Source: Spirochaetota bacterium
Lineage (GTDB): Bacteria > Spirochaetota > UBA4802 > JAFGDQ01
DNA: 41,363 nucleotides
NCBI GenBank assembly: GCA_043803405.1
Contig: JAZDKB010000033.1
Coordinates: forward strand, 1-41,363
Direction of reading: 5' to 3'
In this document: in pieces, positions 21,401-29,789 of the stretch
Numbering within the stretch: the first letter of the stretch is position 1
How the letters are laid out: each line of letters begins with the position of its first letter
Program-made: the position numbers and the translations under genes
The notes under the pieces: generated by a model
Seen by the model: the letters and a program-made list of their open reading frames with translations, nothing else
What the model was told of the DNA's origin: nothing
The model's database searches: none

Positions 21401-21974
21401 AAAAGACGGTATGGGAATATCGGGAACAGGCCTTGGCCTTTCAATAGCACATTCCATCATTAAACAGCACAACGGCACTATTACCGTAAAAAGCCAGAAA
21501 AACAAGGGTACGACATTTATTATTAAGCTCCCTTCGGGTACATCCGGTCATGTTGCGGAGGAGCGTCCTGTTTACAATGTAACCCAGAATGATATTGAAA
21601 AAATAAATAAAATGCGCATTCTGCTTGTCGATGATGAAAAGGAAATGACGGATATATTTAAGCATGTTTTCCAGAAAGCAGGATTCAGGAATTTTAAAAT
21701 AGAAAATATAGGGGGGAAGGCGGTATCCATATTTAAGGAATTTAAGCCTGATATCGTGTTCCTTGATATAATAATGCCCGATATGAGCGGGGAAAAGATT
21801 TTTAAGGAAATCCGAACGATCAATCGCATTACTCCGATAGTATTCATGAGCGGGAAAGTCGATTCCGAAAAAGACCTGTATATTGAAAACGGCGCATTTG
21901 ATTATATACAAAAGCCTTTCGAAATAAATGAAATATACAATATTCTAAGTAAAATAATAAAGTCAGCGAATTGA
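18444..21974 (+). CDS. hybrid sensor histidine kinase (REC-multi PAS-GAF-HisKA-HATPase-REC)
   Basis: Repeated DITERK PAC motifs, H-box AGIAHEFNN, DNGTGM, FDPFFTTK, GTGLGL, and C-terminal REC with FLDIIMP. Confidence 0.92.
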   Translation: MGANPTLILLIEDQKDHIDLISQSFQAHRNQYSLAFARNLTEAKAFVKTSECHIAIANLILPDGSALELLKESDGNMSFPMVIMADSTEESMAVEAIKAGAFDFVIKTEGSLRGIPGIAERCIREWAHIKEQKKSEAALRDTEVKYSEIIENSNEGVVILQDDAIKFINKAGAQISGFEVEELWDKPVMPLIDPFYRALFSDTLGYFLAGNKVQRKLEIKIIRKDGILRDVELSGTLIQYRNKPAGLGILRDITERKAVEKALVESEEQYRSFQHSTPIGLVRTNPEGKILYANPMMAKIFGYGSVADIMNVNTNSLYIDPQVRKKLLEKIKSDGAVVNYEAQMRKKDGTIFWISTSLNASYNDSNDVVLLDGYLKDITERKEAEAILRRKEELYSTLFQHNPIQTIAVDQNCRIIAFNKAKEASGDRLPKINDVMYKNYAGRHSIDMHGELMRCMTTGEMREFPEQKYNNKILSIKISPFENGAIITSQDITLQKKSEHELKKSEEKIRLITDNMLDLVSMCDNEGRLTFISPSHERILGHSHNENIGKPVFGNVHPDDLERVLEKSDMLKKLSLPDSFIYRQKHNDGHYLWLETYAHSIFNSNGEYIGSVFSSRDITSRKIAEEKIEHLNELLYAIRNVDLLIAHEKNTGRLLQGICDCLIRSRGHTGAWIAATDSLNSYFAASDSGLRTKFSNFFKIQKNIHSLNCYDLIKNTSSPCVIGDNSFCKDCRFEEEDDTVGRVVIRLEYNDKIYGLMNVGVLREILNEEQEKSLLEEVAGEIAFGLYNLDLERERKELQKQLYRSARLSAVGQLAAGIAHEFNNMLSIILGHTQLSLEEDSVDEIKQSLKEIEKTTKRGSNIVIKLAAFAKPKEPEFRVQDVEKIIDDVIQLQVRQLQLASIKIERKYAAKLKVSFDRGQMEQVFLNLLINSIHAIKPKGRGEILIATADVKGEMEIRFSDNGTGMDKETKAKVFDPFFTTKGAWAKDGMGISGTGLGLSIAHSIIKQHNGTITVKSQKNKGTTFIIKLPSGTSGHVAEERPVYNVTQNDIEKINKMRILLVDDEKEMTDIFKHVFQKAGFRNFKIENIGGKAVSIFKEFKPDIVFLDIIMPDMSGEKIFKEIRTINRITPIVFMSGKVDSEKDLYIENGAFDYIQKPFEINEIYNILSKIIKSAN

Positions 21975-22253
21975 TGCAATGGCCGTCCGAAGCTAACCGC
22001 GCATTGATCATTAATTATTAGCCCGGGATATGTAAATTTATTTTTCTTTACTCAAAAAAATATATTTTGCTTGACGAACGAAAAATTTTATGATTAAATA
22101 ACGTCATTCGCCACCGCTCAAAGATAGCGATGAGCACATACAAGTTGAATTTTTTTAAGGACATTTTCCGAAGCATTGTTTTTAAAATAGTTTAGTAGTT
22201 TTTTAAATGCATACATAAAAATATGTTTAATTCTCAATAGAGAGATAACTACT

Positions 22254-23594
22254 ATGACAAGCAAATGTTCTCTTGCCTATGAGGAGGTCCTCTCCACAGG
22301 CCGCCTTAATTCCGACAATTACACATTAGCAGATTTTCACAGCCTGGAAAGTAACGACATTTTTGCAAAGACAATCCCGCAATACTGGTATATTTACGAT
22401 TATAAAGAGAAGGGGTATTACTCGCATCAGCGCCCGCTTTTATCTGCGTGCAAAAACCGGGTGACAGTCAAAGATCCATGGACAGGCGAAATTCGAGAGA
22501 TGATTATGATGGCTTCTAATAATTATCTTGGACTGATTACTCACCCTAAAGTTATTGAAGCAGGCATTGATGCTTATAAAAAATACGGAACTGGCGCAAG
22601 CTCTGCTCCCCTTCTTAGCGGCACATTCGACATTACACGTGAAGTTGAGCTGAAGATAGCCGGGTTCAAGGGCGCCGAAGACGCCCTTGTCTTTTCAACA
22701 GGCTATTCCGCTAATGTCGGAGCAATAAGCGCGCTGCTTAGACCGGGTGATGTGGCTATTGTAGACAAGCTTGACCATGCAAGCATTCTTGACGGATGCA
22801 GGCTTTCGGGAGCGGAAATGGCAGTGTTTAAACACCAGGACATGAACAGCCTGGAAAAGTGTTTAAAAAGATGCGAGGGAAAATTTAAAGGCAAACTGAT
22901 AATAGTTGACGGCGTTTACGGAATGGACGGCGATATTTGCCCGCTGCCCGAAATTAAAAAACTTGCAGACCGTTATGGCGCAAAGGTTATGGTTGACGAT
23001 GCACATGCCACAGGCGTAATAGGGAAAACCGGCAGGGGGACAGCGGAGCACTTTAATATGGAAGGCGAAGTGGATTTAATATTGGGCACACTTAGTAAAT
23101 CCCTGGGAGGCGTTGGAGGATTCGTAGCTTCAACAAAAGAAGTCATTAATTACCTGCGTTTTTACAGCCGCTCGTACTTTTTTTCCGCAGCACTGCCGCC
23201 GTCTATATGCGCAACAGTTAAGGCAGCCATAGAGGTAATGGAAGCTGAACCGGAGCGCGTGCAGCAATTACAAAATAATGTTAAATATCTTCATGACACA
23301 TTATCCGGTTCAGGCTTTAATGTAAGCCCGCCCGGCACGGGAGCTCTATCGGTAATAATAGGCGATGAGCTATTAATGAGAAAGATAAGTAAAAGAATTC
23401 ACGACCTGGGTCTGTATATTAATCCATTGCCGTTCCCCTCTGTAAAGAAAAACGAAGCGCGGTTCAAATTCAGTCTAATGGCCACACATACCAGGCAAGA
23501 TCTGGACGAAGCAGCAGATATATTTAAAAAGGCCTGCGGCGAATTCGGGATGTCTAACGAAAGAATTCCTGTAAAGGAAAGACATTCTGCTTAA
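22254..23594 (+). CDS. alpha-oxoamine synthase family PLP enzyme (AONS/KBL/SPT/CqsA-like)
   Basis: SNNYLGL, HASILDG, DGVYGMDGD, VDDAH and GTLSKS (PLP Lys). Has an N-terminal extension. Confidence 0.88.
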   Translation: MTSKCSLAYEEVLSTGRLNSDNYTLADFHSLESNDIFAKTIPQYWYIYDYKEKGYYSHQRPLLSACKNRVTVKDPWTGEIREMIMMASNNYLGLITHPKVIEAGIDAYKKYGTGASSAPLLSGTFDITREVELKIAGFKGAEDALVFSTGYSANVGAISALLRPGDVAIVDKLDHASILDGCRLSGAEMAVFKHQDMNSLEKCLKRCEGKFKGKLIIVDGVYGMDGDICPLPEIKKLADRYGAKVMVDDAHATGVIGKTGRGTAEHFNMEGEVDLILGTLSKSLGGVGGFVASTKEVINYLRFYSRSYFFSAALPPSICATVKAAIEVMEAEPERVQQLQNNVKYLHDTLSGSGFNVSPPGTGALSVIIGDELLMRKISKRIHDLGLYINPLPFPSVKKNEARFKFSLMATHTRQDLDEAADIFKKACGEFGMSNERIPVKERHSA

Positions 23595-23823
23595 AATATA
23601 CGGAAAGCAGATACATGATGCAAAATATAGTAGCCACAATGATGAGTAATGACATTAGACATTTATTTACAATTAATTCGATTGATTTCAAAAGATATAG
23701 AGAGATAAGGCTGATATAATTGTATTCAAAGGTAAATACCATGACGGCAATCAGGATAAACTTTCATGGATAGTGAATTCTAAATTTCTTAAAAATATAT
23801 AAATTACACTTAGTTAATCTTAA

Positions 23824-24951
23824 ATGGAAGTTAAGGTTTACAAAAGCATAACAGAGATTCCCGAACCAGATTGGGACAGCATTGTAGGCAGAAACCGCAT
23901 CATTTGCACCCACCGATTCCTTGAAGCAGTTGAAAAATCCAATATAAACGACTGTAAATATTATTATCCTGTGGTTTACGACAATAACAAGATTATTGCC
24001 CATGCATGCGCTTATTCAATAAGTATGGAGCTGGATATATTTGCGGAAGGGATAACAAAAAAAATTATTAATGTAATACGCAAGGTCTGGAAAAATTTTT
24101 TAATAATAAAACTTTTTGAATGCGGAACACCGATTGCATTGGGGAATACTATTTCTTTTGCAGATCAAATTGATAAAAAACAATACCTTCCGTTTATAAT
24201 TAAAGCAATTGAAGTAATTGCTAAAGAAAAAAAAATTAGTATAATTTTATTAAGGGATTTTAATAATAATGAATTATTTTTTTTTGACAATTTAATTAAT
24301 TTAGGATATGGAAGGACATTTAATTTACCAACTGCTCTTTTGCAAATAAAGTGGGATACTTTTGAAGATTATTTAAAAAGTATGCGTAAGCATTACAGAC
24401 AAAACATTCGTGCAAATAAAAAAAAATTTAAGGATAGCGGAATAGAAGTTCAACTTATAAATAGCTTTTCGCAATATTCGGTTGAATTTACAAAACTCTG
24501 GAAAAATTTATTTGATAATGCAAAGGAATACAGGCGTGAAATTTTAACTCCAGCTTTCTTCGAAAATATGGATAAATATCTTGGACAACAAAGCATGACT
24601 TTAGTCTTAAAAAAAGATGATAGATTAATTGCTTATATATTATTACTGTTTAATAATAATATATTAGTGCCTTTATTCGCTGGCCTGGATCATTTAATGA
24701 ATAAACAATATAAACTTTATTTTAATTTATTTTATAATGTGATTGAGATAGGAATTAGAGAAAAAATGAAATATATTGATTTCGGAATTACAACACTCGA
24801 ACCGAAAAAACAAATAGGCTGCGAAATAACAAATCTATATATGTATATGAAGCATTTGAATCCAATTATAAATATTCTAATGAATAAGATATTTAATATA
24901 TTCACTCCAAAGGTTAGATTATTATGTAAGAAAGTATTTAGGTTAAGCTAA
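23824..24951 (+). CDS. FemAB-like / GNAT-family N-acyltransferase
   Basis: SITEIPEPDWD..HRFLEAVE, WDTFEDYLKSMRKHYR, LYFNLFY and IDFGITT..PK..IG. Confidence 0.8.
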   Translation: MEVKVYKSITEIPEPDWDSIVGRNRIICTHRFLEAVEKSNINDCKYYYPVVYDNNKIIAHACAYSISMELDIFAEGITKKIINVIRKVWKNFLIIKLFECGTPIALGNTISFADQIDKKQYLPFIIKAIEVIAKEKKISIILLRDFNNNELFFFDNLINLGYGRTFNLPTALLQIKWDTFEDYLKSMRKHYRQNIRANKKKFKDSGIEVQLINSFSQYSVEFTKLWKNLFDNAKEYRREILTPAFFENMDKYLGQQSMTLVLKKDDRLIAYILLLFNNNILVPLFAGLDHLMNKQYKLYFNLFYNVIEIGIREKMKYIDFGITTLEPKKQIGCEITNLYMYMKHLNPIINILMNKIFNIFTPKVRLLCKKVFRLS

Positions 24952-25051
24952 TAATATCTATAATTAAGAACATTTATATTTGAAGAAAAATTCAATCTAT
25001 TCTTGTTGCATCAGTTATTTAAAAAACCATTCATTTATATAAAATTTTAAT

Positions 25052-26704
25052 ATGAATTTCGATCCGCAAAAAACTAAAATGGAAGCTAACGTTAGAGTAA
25101 TGCGTCATATTATAATTGCTTTTGAGAAAAAATATGGACGGAAAGAACTTATTAAATTTATTGAAAGGACTGGATTGCCGCTAGAATATTTTGATGATGA
25201 AAACAATTGGATTAGTCATAAATATTTAAGAGATTTACTAAAAGCCTTGGTTGACTATTCGGGAGACCCAAACATACCTTATAAATTTGGTTTAACTACT
25301 GCAACAAACCTAAGTTGGGGCGTTATTAAAACAATATTAAAATCTTTTAGTTCCTGTAGCTATGCATATAAGAAGGTTGTTTCATTAAGCCCAAGATGGG
25401 GGAAAGTTGCATCCTTAAAATATCTTAAGTTTAAGAAGAATAATGCAATTCTTAAAATAAGCATGCTTTATAATAACAAACAAGATAAATATAACTGTTT
25501 AAACATCCAGGGTCAATTAGCTTCCATTCCTACGATCTGGGGCCTTCCTCCGGCAGAAATAAAAGAACTACAATGCGCGGCAAAAGGCGCGGACTCGTGC
25601 ATTTATGAAATCAAATGGAAAAATGTACCGAAAAAAAAGAAAGGGCTTTATGCTTTTTTTGTTGGAGCAGCTATTTCCGGTTTTCTGTATTTACTTTCTT
25701 TAACAGGAATATTTGAACTGTCTCAGTTATCCGGATTGAATTTTTTCCTTCTGCCTGTAATTATTTTCCTGCTGTGGATAGCATCTTTAAAAAAAGAAAT
25801 AATTAAGGAAGGTTATAAAAAAACAGAAGAGCAAAATGATGAAATTGAAAAAATACTAATAGAAATAGAAAAATCCAATACTTATTTACAGGAAAAAGTA
25901 GAAGAAAAAGTCGCATCGCTTACGGAAAACATAGAAGACCTGAAAAAAAAGATAGCTTTTCAGCAAAGTAATGAGGACCAGTCAATTCGCACGGCAAAGA
26001 TGAACTCCATAGGCCAGCTTGCAGTGTATATGGCAAATGTGCTTAGAAAACCGCTGGATAAAATACACACCAATGTTCAGAGCCTGCTAAAAGATTTCTC
26101 AAACAATGAAGACGTAACAGACAGCCTTGAAGGAGCCGAAAGGGCAGCCCAAAGATGCGAAAAAATTATCGCTCATCTTTTATCTTTTTCGGAAAACGGA
26201 AGCAGTCCTCCTGTGCAGGAAGTCGACCTTAATATAATAATTAATGAATGCATAGCAAAGGCTAACGAAGAATTCGGCAATTCCGGTATAAAAATATCCA
26301 GCCAGGCGGAAAACGGCCTGCCGAAAGTAAAGGCGGATTATTCGGTAATTGAGCAGGTTCTTATGATAATAATTACGAACGCTGCGGACGCAATTCTGGA
26401 CGCAATGAATAAAGGCGATAAAGATGAAGGAAAAATTTTAATTAAAACCGGTTTAAAAAACACAGGCATGGCGCTTGTTGAGATTTCCGACAACGGATGC
26501 GGAATGCCGAAAGATGTAATGGCAAAAATATTCGATCCGTTCTTTTCCACAAAAACGTCCAGCAGAAAAAAGGGCATGGGCCTTACTTTAAGCTACAACG
26601 CAGTAAAAAAAGCAGGCGGGAGCATTGAAGTAAAAAGCGCTCCGGGCGCCGGAACAACATTCTCCATATATTTGCCTGTTATGGAAGCAATAAAAACAAA
26701 TTGA
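25052..26704 (+). CDS. membrane sensor kinase-like protein (HNOX/V4R-like N-terminus, 2 TM, coiled coil, degenerate HisKA, HATPase)
   Basis: ENNWIS and E-x-QCAAKGADSCIYEIKW (V4R-like), two hydrophobic helices, DNGCGM and FDPFFSTK. Confidence 0.85.
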   Translation: MNFDPQKTKMEANVRVMRHIIIAFEKKYGRKELIKFIERTGLPLEYFDDENNWISHKYLRDLLKALVDYSGDPNIPYKFGLTTATNLSWGVIKTILKSFSSCSYAYKKVVSLSPRWGKVASLKYLKFKKNNAILKISMLYNNKQDKYNCLNIQGQLASIPTIWGLPPAEIKELQCAAKGADSCIYEIKWKNVPKKKKGLYAFFVGAAISGFLYLLSLTGIFELSQLSGLNFFLLPVIIFLLWIASLKKEIIKEGYKKTEEQNDEIEKILIEIEKSNTYLQEKVEEKVASLTENIEDLKKKIAFQQSNEDQSIRTAKMNSIGQLAVYMANVLRKPLDKIHTNVQSLLKDFSNNEDVTDSLEGAERAAQRCEKIIAHLLSFSENGSSPPVQEVDLNIIINECIAKANEEFGNSGIKISSQAENGLPKVKADYSVIEQVLMIIITNAADAILDAMNKGDKDEGKILIKTGLKNTGMALVEISDNGCGMPKDVMAKIFDPFFSTKTSSRKKGMGLTLSYNAVKKAGGSIEVKSAPGAGTTFSIYLPVMEAIKTN

Positions 26705-26809
26705 ATCTCACTTCTCACGGAAATTTGTAATGGTTTATTGTAATTTAAAAAGTTTTGAGTGAGGGCAAGCAGCTCCTTATTCAAATTATATTTTCTTTAA
26801 AAGCAAACA

Positions 26810-28462
26810 ATGTTGATCAATCCTGAACATACTAAAATAGAGCTTAACACAAGGACGATTCGCCATATAGTAATAGCCTTTGAGAAGATGTATGGGAAAA
26901 AGGAATTAACTAGATTCTTTAATAAAACCGGACTGCCGGTTGAATATCTTACAGATGAAAACAACTGGATAAGCTATGATTATTTTATAAAGGTACTTAA
27001 TGATCTGGTTGAATATTCAGGTGATCCTGAGATAACATTTAAATTCGGCTTAACTACTGCTGCAAACTCAAGCTGGGGTATTATTAAAACAATACTAAAG
27101 TCATTTACTTCATGTACTTATGCGTATAAAAAAGTTATAACCTTAAACCCAAGATGGTCAAAAGCAGGAACATTTCAATTCGTTGAGTTTAAAAAAAATA
27201 AAGCAATAATTCAAATGAAAATAACTAAAGGTTATAAGCAAGACAAATACAATTGTTTGAGTATTCAGGGCCAGCTCGCTTCCATTCCCACAATCTGGGG
27301 GCTTCCGCCGGCGGAGATCAAAGAGACACAATGCTCAGCAGAAGGAGCGGACAGTTGCATATACGAACTAAGCTGGAAGAACCCGCCAAAGAAAAAAACA
27401 GGCCTGTATTCTTTTATAGCAGGAACAATACTATCCATCATACTCTATTTAACAACTCTGACAGGGAAGATAGACATATCCCGGTTCTCAGATCTAAATT
27501 ATATAATACTCCCTGTGCTTGTAATGCTTGGCAGCATAGCCATAGGCAAAAGAGCAATACTTAAAAGGAACTTCAAAAAGACGGAAGAATATAATAATGA
27601 GATAGAAAAAAATCTTATAGAAACAGAAAAGTCAAACGAGATACTGCAGGAAGGCGTGGAAAGAAAAGCGGCACAGCTTACAGGCAATATAGAAGACCTG
27701 AAACAGAAGATAGCTCATCAGAAAAAGAATGCTGATCAAATGCTGCGAAGTGAAAAGATGGACTCAGTAGGACGCATTGCAGTGAACATGGCAAACGCCC
27801 ACAGAAAGCTTCTGGATACTATACACGCAAATCTTGAGAGCCTGTTAAAAGACAGCAGAAACGATGAATCAGTATTGGACAGCCTTAAAGGCGCGCAAAG
27901 AGCGGCAAATAAATGCGAGGATATAATAGACCACCTGCTGTCTTTCCAGTCTGAGGAAAAGAGCATTGCAGCAGAAGAAATTGACCTTAACATAATACTT
28001 AACAATTGCATTGCAAAAGCACAAAAAGAATTTGCAGAATATAGATTTACAATATCCGGCAAACTAAAGAAGAATCTGCCTAAAGTAAAAGCAGACTATT
28101 CTTTAATAGAACAGGTATTCATGATAATAATATCGAACGGGGCAGACGCAATACTGGAAAGAGAGAAAGAGAGCAAAAAGAAAGCCAAAAAAGACGGAGA
28201 AATACTGATCAAAACTAGCTTAAAAGGCAGCATGGTTTGTACTGAAATATCGGATAACGGAACGGGAATGACTAAAGACACGCTGTTAAAGGTATTTGAC
28301 CCGTTCTTTACTACAAAGGCCACGAGCAGAAAAAGAGGTATGGGTCTTACGCTTAGCTATAATGCCGTAAAAAAAGCAGGCGGGTACATTGACGTGAAAA
28401 GCGCTCCAGGCACGGGAAGCACGTTCTTTGTGTATTTGCCTGCTACGGAAACAATAAAATAA
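26810..28462 (+). CDS. tandem paralogue of the preceding sensor kinase-like protein
   Basis: Same 550-aa length and architecture. Shares IQGQLASIPTIWGLPPAEIKE and GMGLTLSYNAVKKAGG. Confidence 0.85.
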   Translation: MLINPEHTKIELNTRTIRHIVIAFEKMYGKKELTRFFNKTGLPVEYLTDENNWISYDYFIKVLNDLVEYSGDPEITFKFGLTTAANSSWGIIKTILKSFTSCTYAYKKVITLNPRWSKAGTFQFVEFKKNKAIIQMKITKGYKQDKYNCLSIQGQLASIPTIWGLPPAEIKETQCSAEGADSCIYELSWKNPPKKKTGLYSFIAGTILSIILYLTTLTGKIDISRFSDLNYIILPVLVMLGSIAIGKRAILKRNFKKTEEYNNEIEKNLIETEKSNEILQEGVERKAAQLTGNIEDLKQKIAHQKKNADQMLRSEKMDSVGRIAVNMANAHRKLLDTIHANLESLLKDSRNDESVLDSLKGAQRAANKCEDIIDHLLSFQSEEKSIAAEEIDLNIILNNCIAKAQKEFAEYRFTISGKLKKNLPKVKADYSLIEQVFMIIISNGADAILEREKESKKKAKKDGEILIKTSLKGSMVCTEISDNGTGMTKDTLLKVFDPFFTTKATSRKRGMGLTLSYNAVKKAGGYIDVKSAPGTGSTFFVYLPATETIK

Positions 28463-28476
28463 ATATATATTGAAAT

Positions 28477-28878
28477 TTAATTACAATTTCCGGCGACTGT
28501 AACGCGCACGGCAGTTAGCGGCGTGCCTTGCAAAACAAACGTAGCCGTGTCATTATCGATGAATGTCCATGTGCCGGAATAGCTGTGGCCGCTCTCATCG
28601 ACGCTTAGTGTAGTTCCGTCAAATCTGTATGTTATCGGATCGTCGGCGTCAATGCAATAAACAGAATTCTCATAAGAGAGATCATACCCGCCGCCTTTTC
28701 CGTCAAAACTAACGCCGTCACTATACGTAGATGTGATCCACCAGTTTCCTTCAAGCTCAGCTTCGTGTCCCCCTGATTGGGACTGGCTGCTGCTATCGTC
28801 ATCTGACGAAGAACACGAAAAAGTGATCATCAGGATTGTTAAAGAAATAATAAGGAATATAATATTATTTTTTTTCAT
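28477..28878 (-). CDS. small lipoprotein
   Basis: MKKNN-hydrophobic-TFSC lipobox, Ser/Asp linker, and an LEGNW beta-rich domain. Confidence 0.75.
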   Translation of the reverse strand: MKKNNIIFLIISLTILMITFSCSSSDDDSSSQSQSGGHEAELEGNWWITSTYSDGVSFDGKGGGYDLSYENSVYCIDADDPITYRFDGTTLSVDESGHSYSGTWTFIDNDTATFVLQGTPLTAVRVTVAGNCN

Positions 28879-29001
28879 AAAGATATTTCCTGTTTCTTTT
28901 GAAATCATCTTTTGTTATTCCGTCAATACATTTATAGCTTCCCGGTTTTGTTTTAATGTTTGCACATAAGCACCCTTTTGTTTTTCTGTTTAATTTGAAC
29001 T

Positions 29002-29712
29002 TCAATTACTTGCGGCAGTATTGCTTTCATATTGGTCGTTTAGTCTGAACAGCACGCTGAGTTCAATAAAGGTTTCGTACTCTCTTCCTTTTATTTCTTC
29101 CCAGTATGTATTACGATCAATACCTGCATCTCCGGAATGATATTTGTATCTGAATCCTCCGTCAATGCCTAGAGATAATTTATAATCAAAATGTATATTG
29201 ATCCCTGCTATAAGTCCTATTGAGGCAAATGTTGTAGACAAATAATTACTATCCTCATCCGGATATGTTGATTCTGTTTTTACATCATATGTTCCGTCAA
29301 AAAATCCAAACCCGAACTGGGGGCCGGCCCAAATCCTGAACATTGGTGTGCGGATAAATCCAAAGCAGAAATTATTATATATAGAATATTCGTAGCCGTC
29401 AACATTCGGAATATCTGAATGATTATTATACATTTTTACTTTATTCACTCCGATTTGCAGCCTGTAATTAAATAGCCTGTCATTGGCAATGCCTGTATCG
29501 AATATGAATCCTGTGCCGATTTTGTATCCGTTTGAATTGAATCTGACGTCCGGTACCTGGTGATAGTAACTGTAGTATTCCGAGTTATATTCCCACTGGT
29601 AATAGCTGTAGGAACCTGTAACATATCCTCCCATCCCGATTGCTTTAACCGGCGATGATAATAACATGATGCTTGCTGCTGCAAATAACGCGAAAAATAG
29701 TTTGTTCCTCAT
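29002..29712 (-). CDS. outer-membrane beta-barrel protein
   Basis: Signal peptide ending VKA and alternating aromatic beta-strands. Start placed after RBS AGGAGG. Confidence 0.75.
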   Translation of the reverse strand: MRNKLFFALFAAASIMLLSSPVKAIGMGGYVTGSYSYYQWEYNSEYYSYYHQVPDVRFNSNGYKIGTGFIFDTGIANDRLFNYRLQIGVNKVKMYNNHSDIPNVDGYEYSIYNNFCFGFIRTPMFRIWAGPQFGFGFFDGTYDVKTESTYPDEDSNYLSTTFASIGLIAGINIHFDYKLSLGIDGGFRYKYHSGDAGIDRNTYWEEIKGREYETFIELSVLFRLNDQYESNTAASN

Positions 29713-29737
29713 AATAAAAAACCTCCTTTTGTTTTTC

Positions 29738-29771
29738 TGCACATAAGCAGCAAAAGGAGGCGAATCGTCAC
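29738..29771 (-). promoter_or_regulatory. conserved bipartite upstream element, copy A
   Basis: GTGACGATT-cgcctccttttgct-GCTTATGTGCA, 25 nt before ATG 29712. Confidence 0.75.
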
Positions 29772-29789
29772 AAAAAAAATTTAAAAAAA

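Noticed and set aside
22254..23594. Naming this gene bioF or spt
   Set aside because: Family motifs are shared across alpha-oxoamine synthases, so specificity cannot be assigned by eye.
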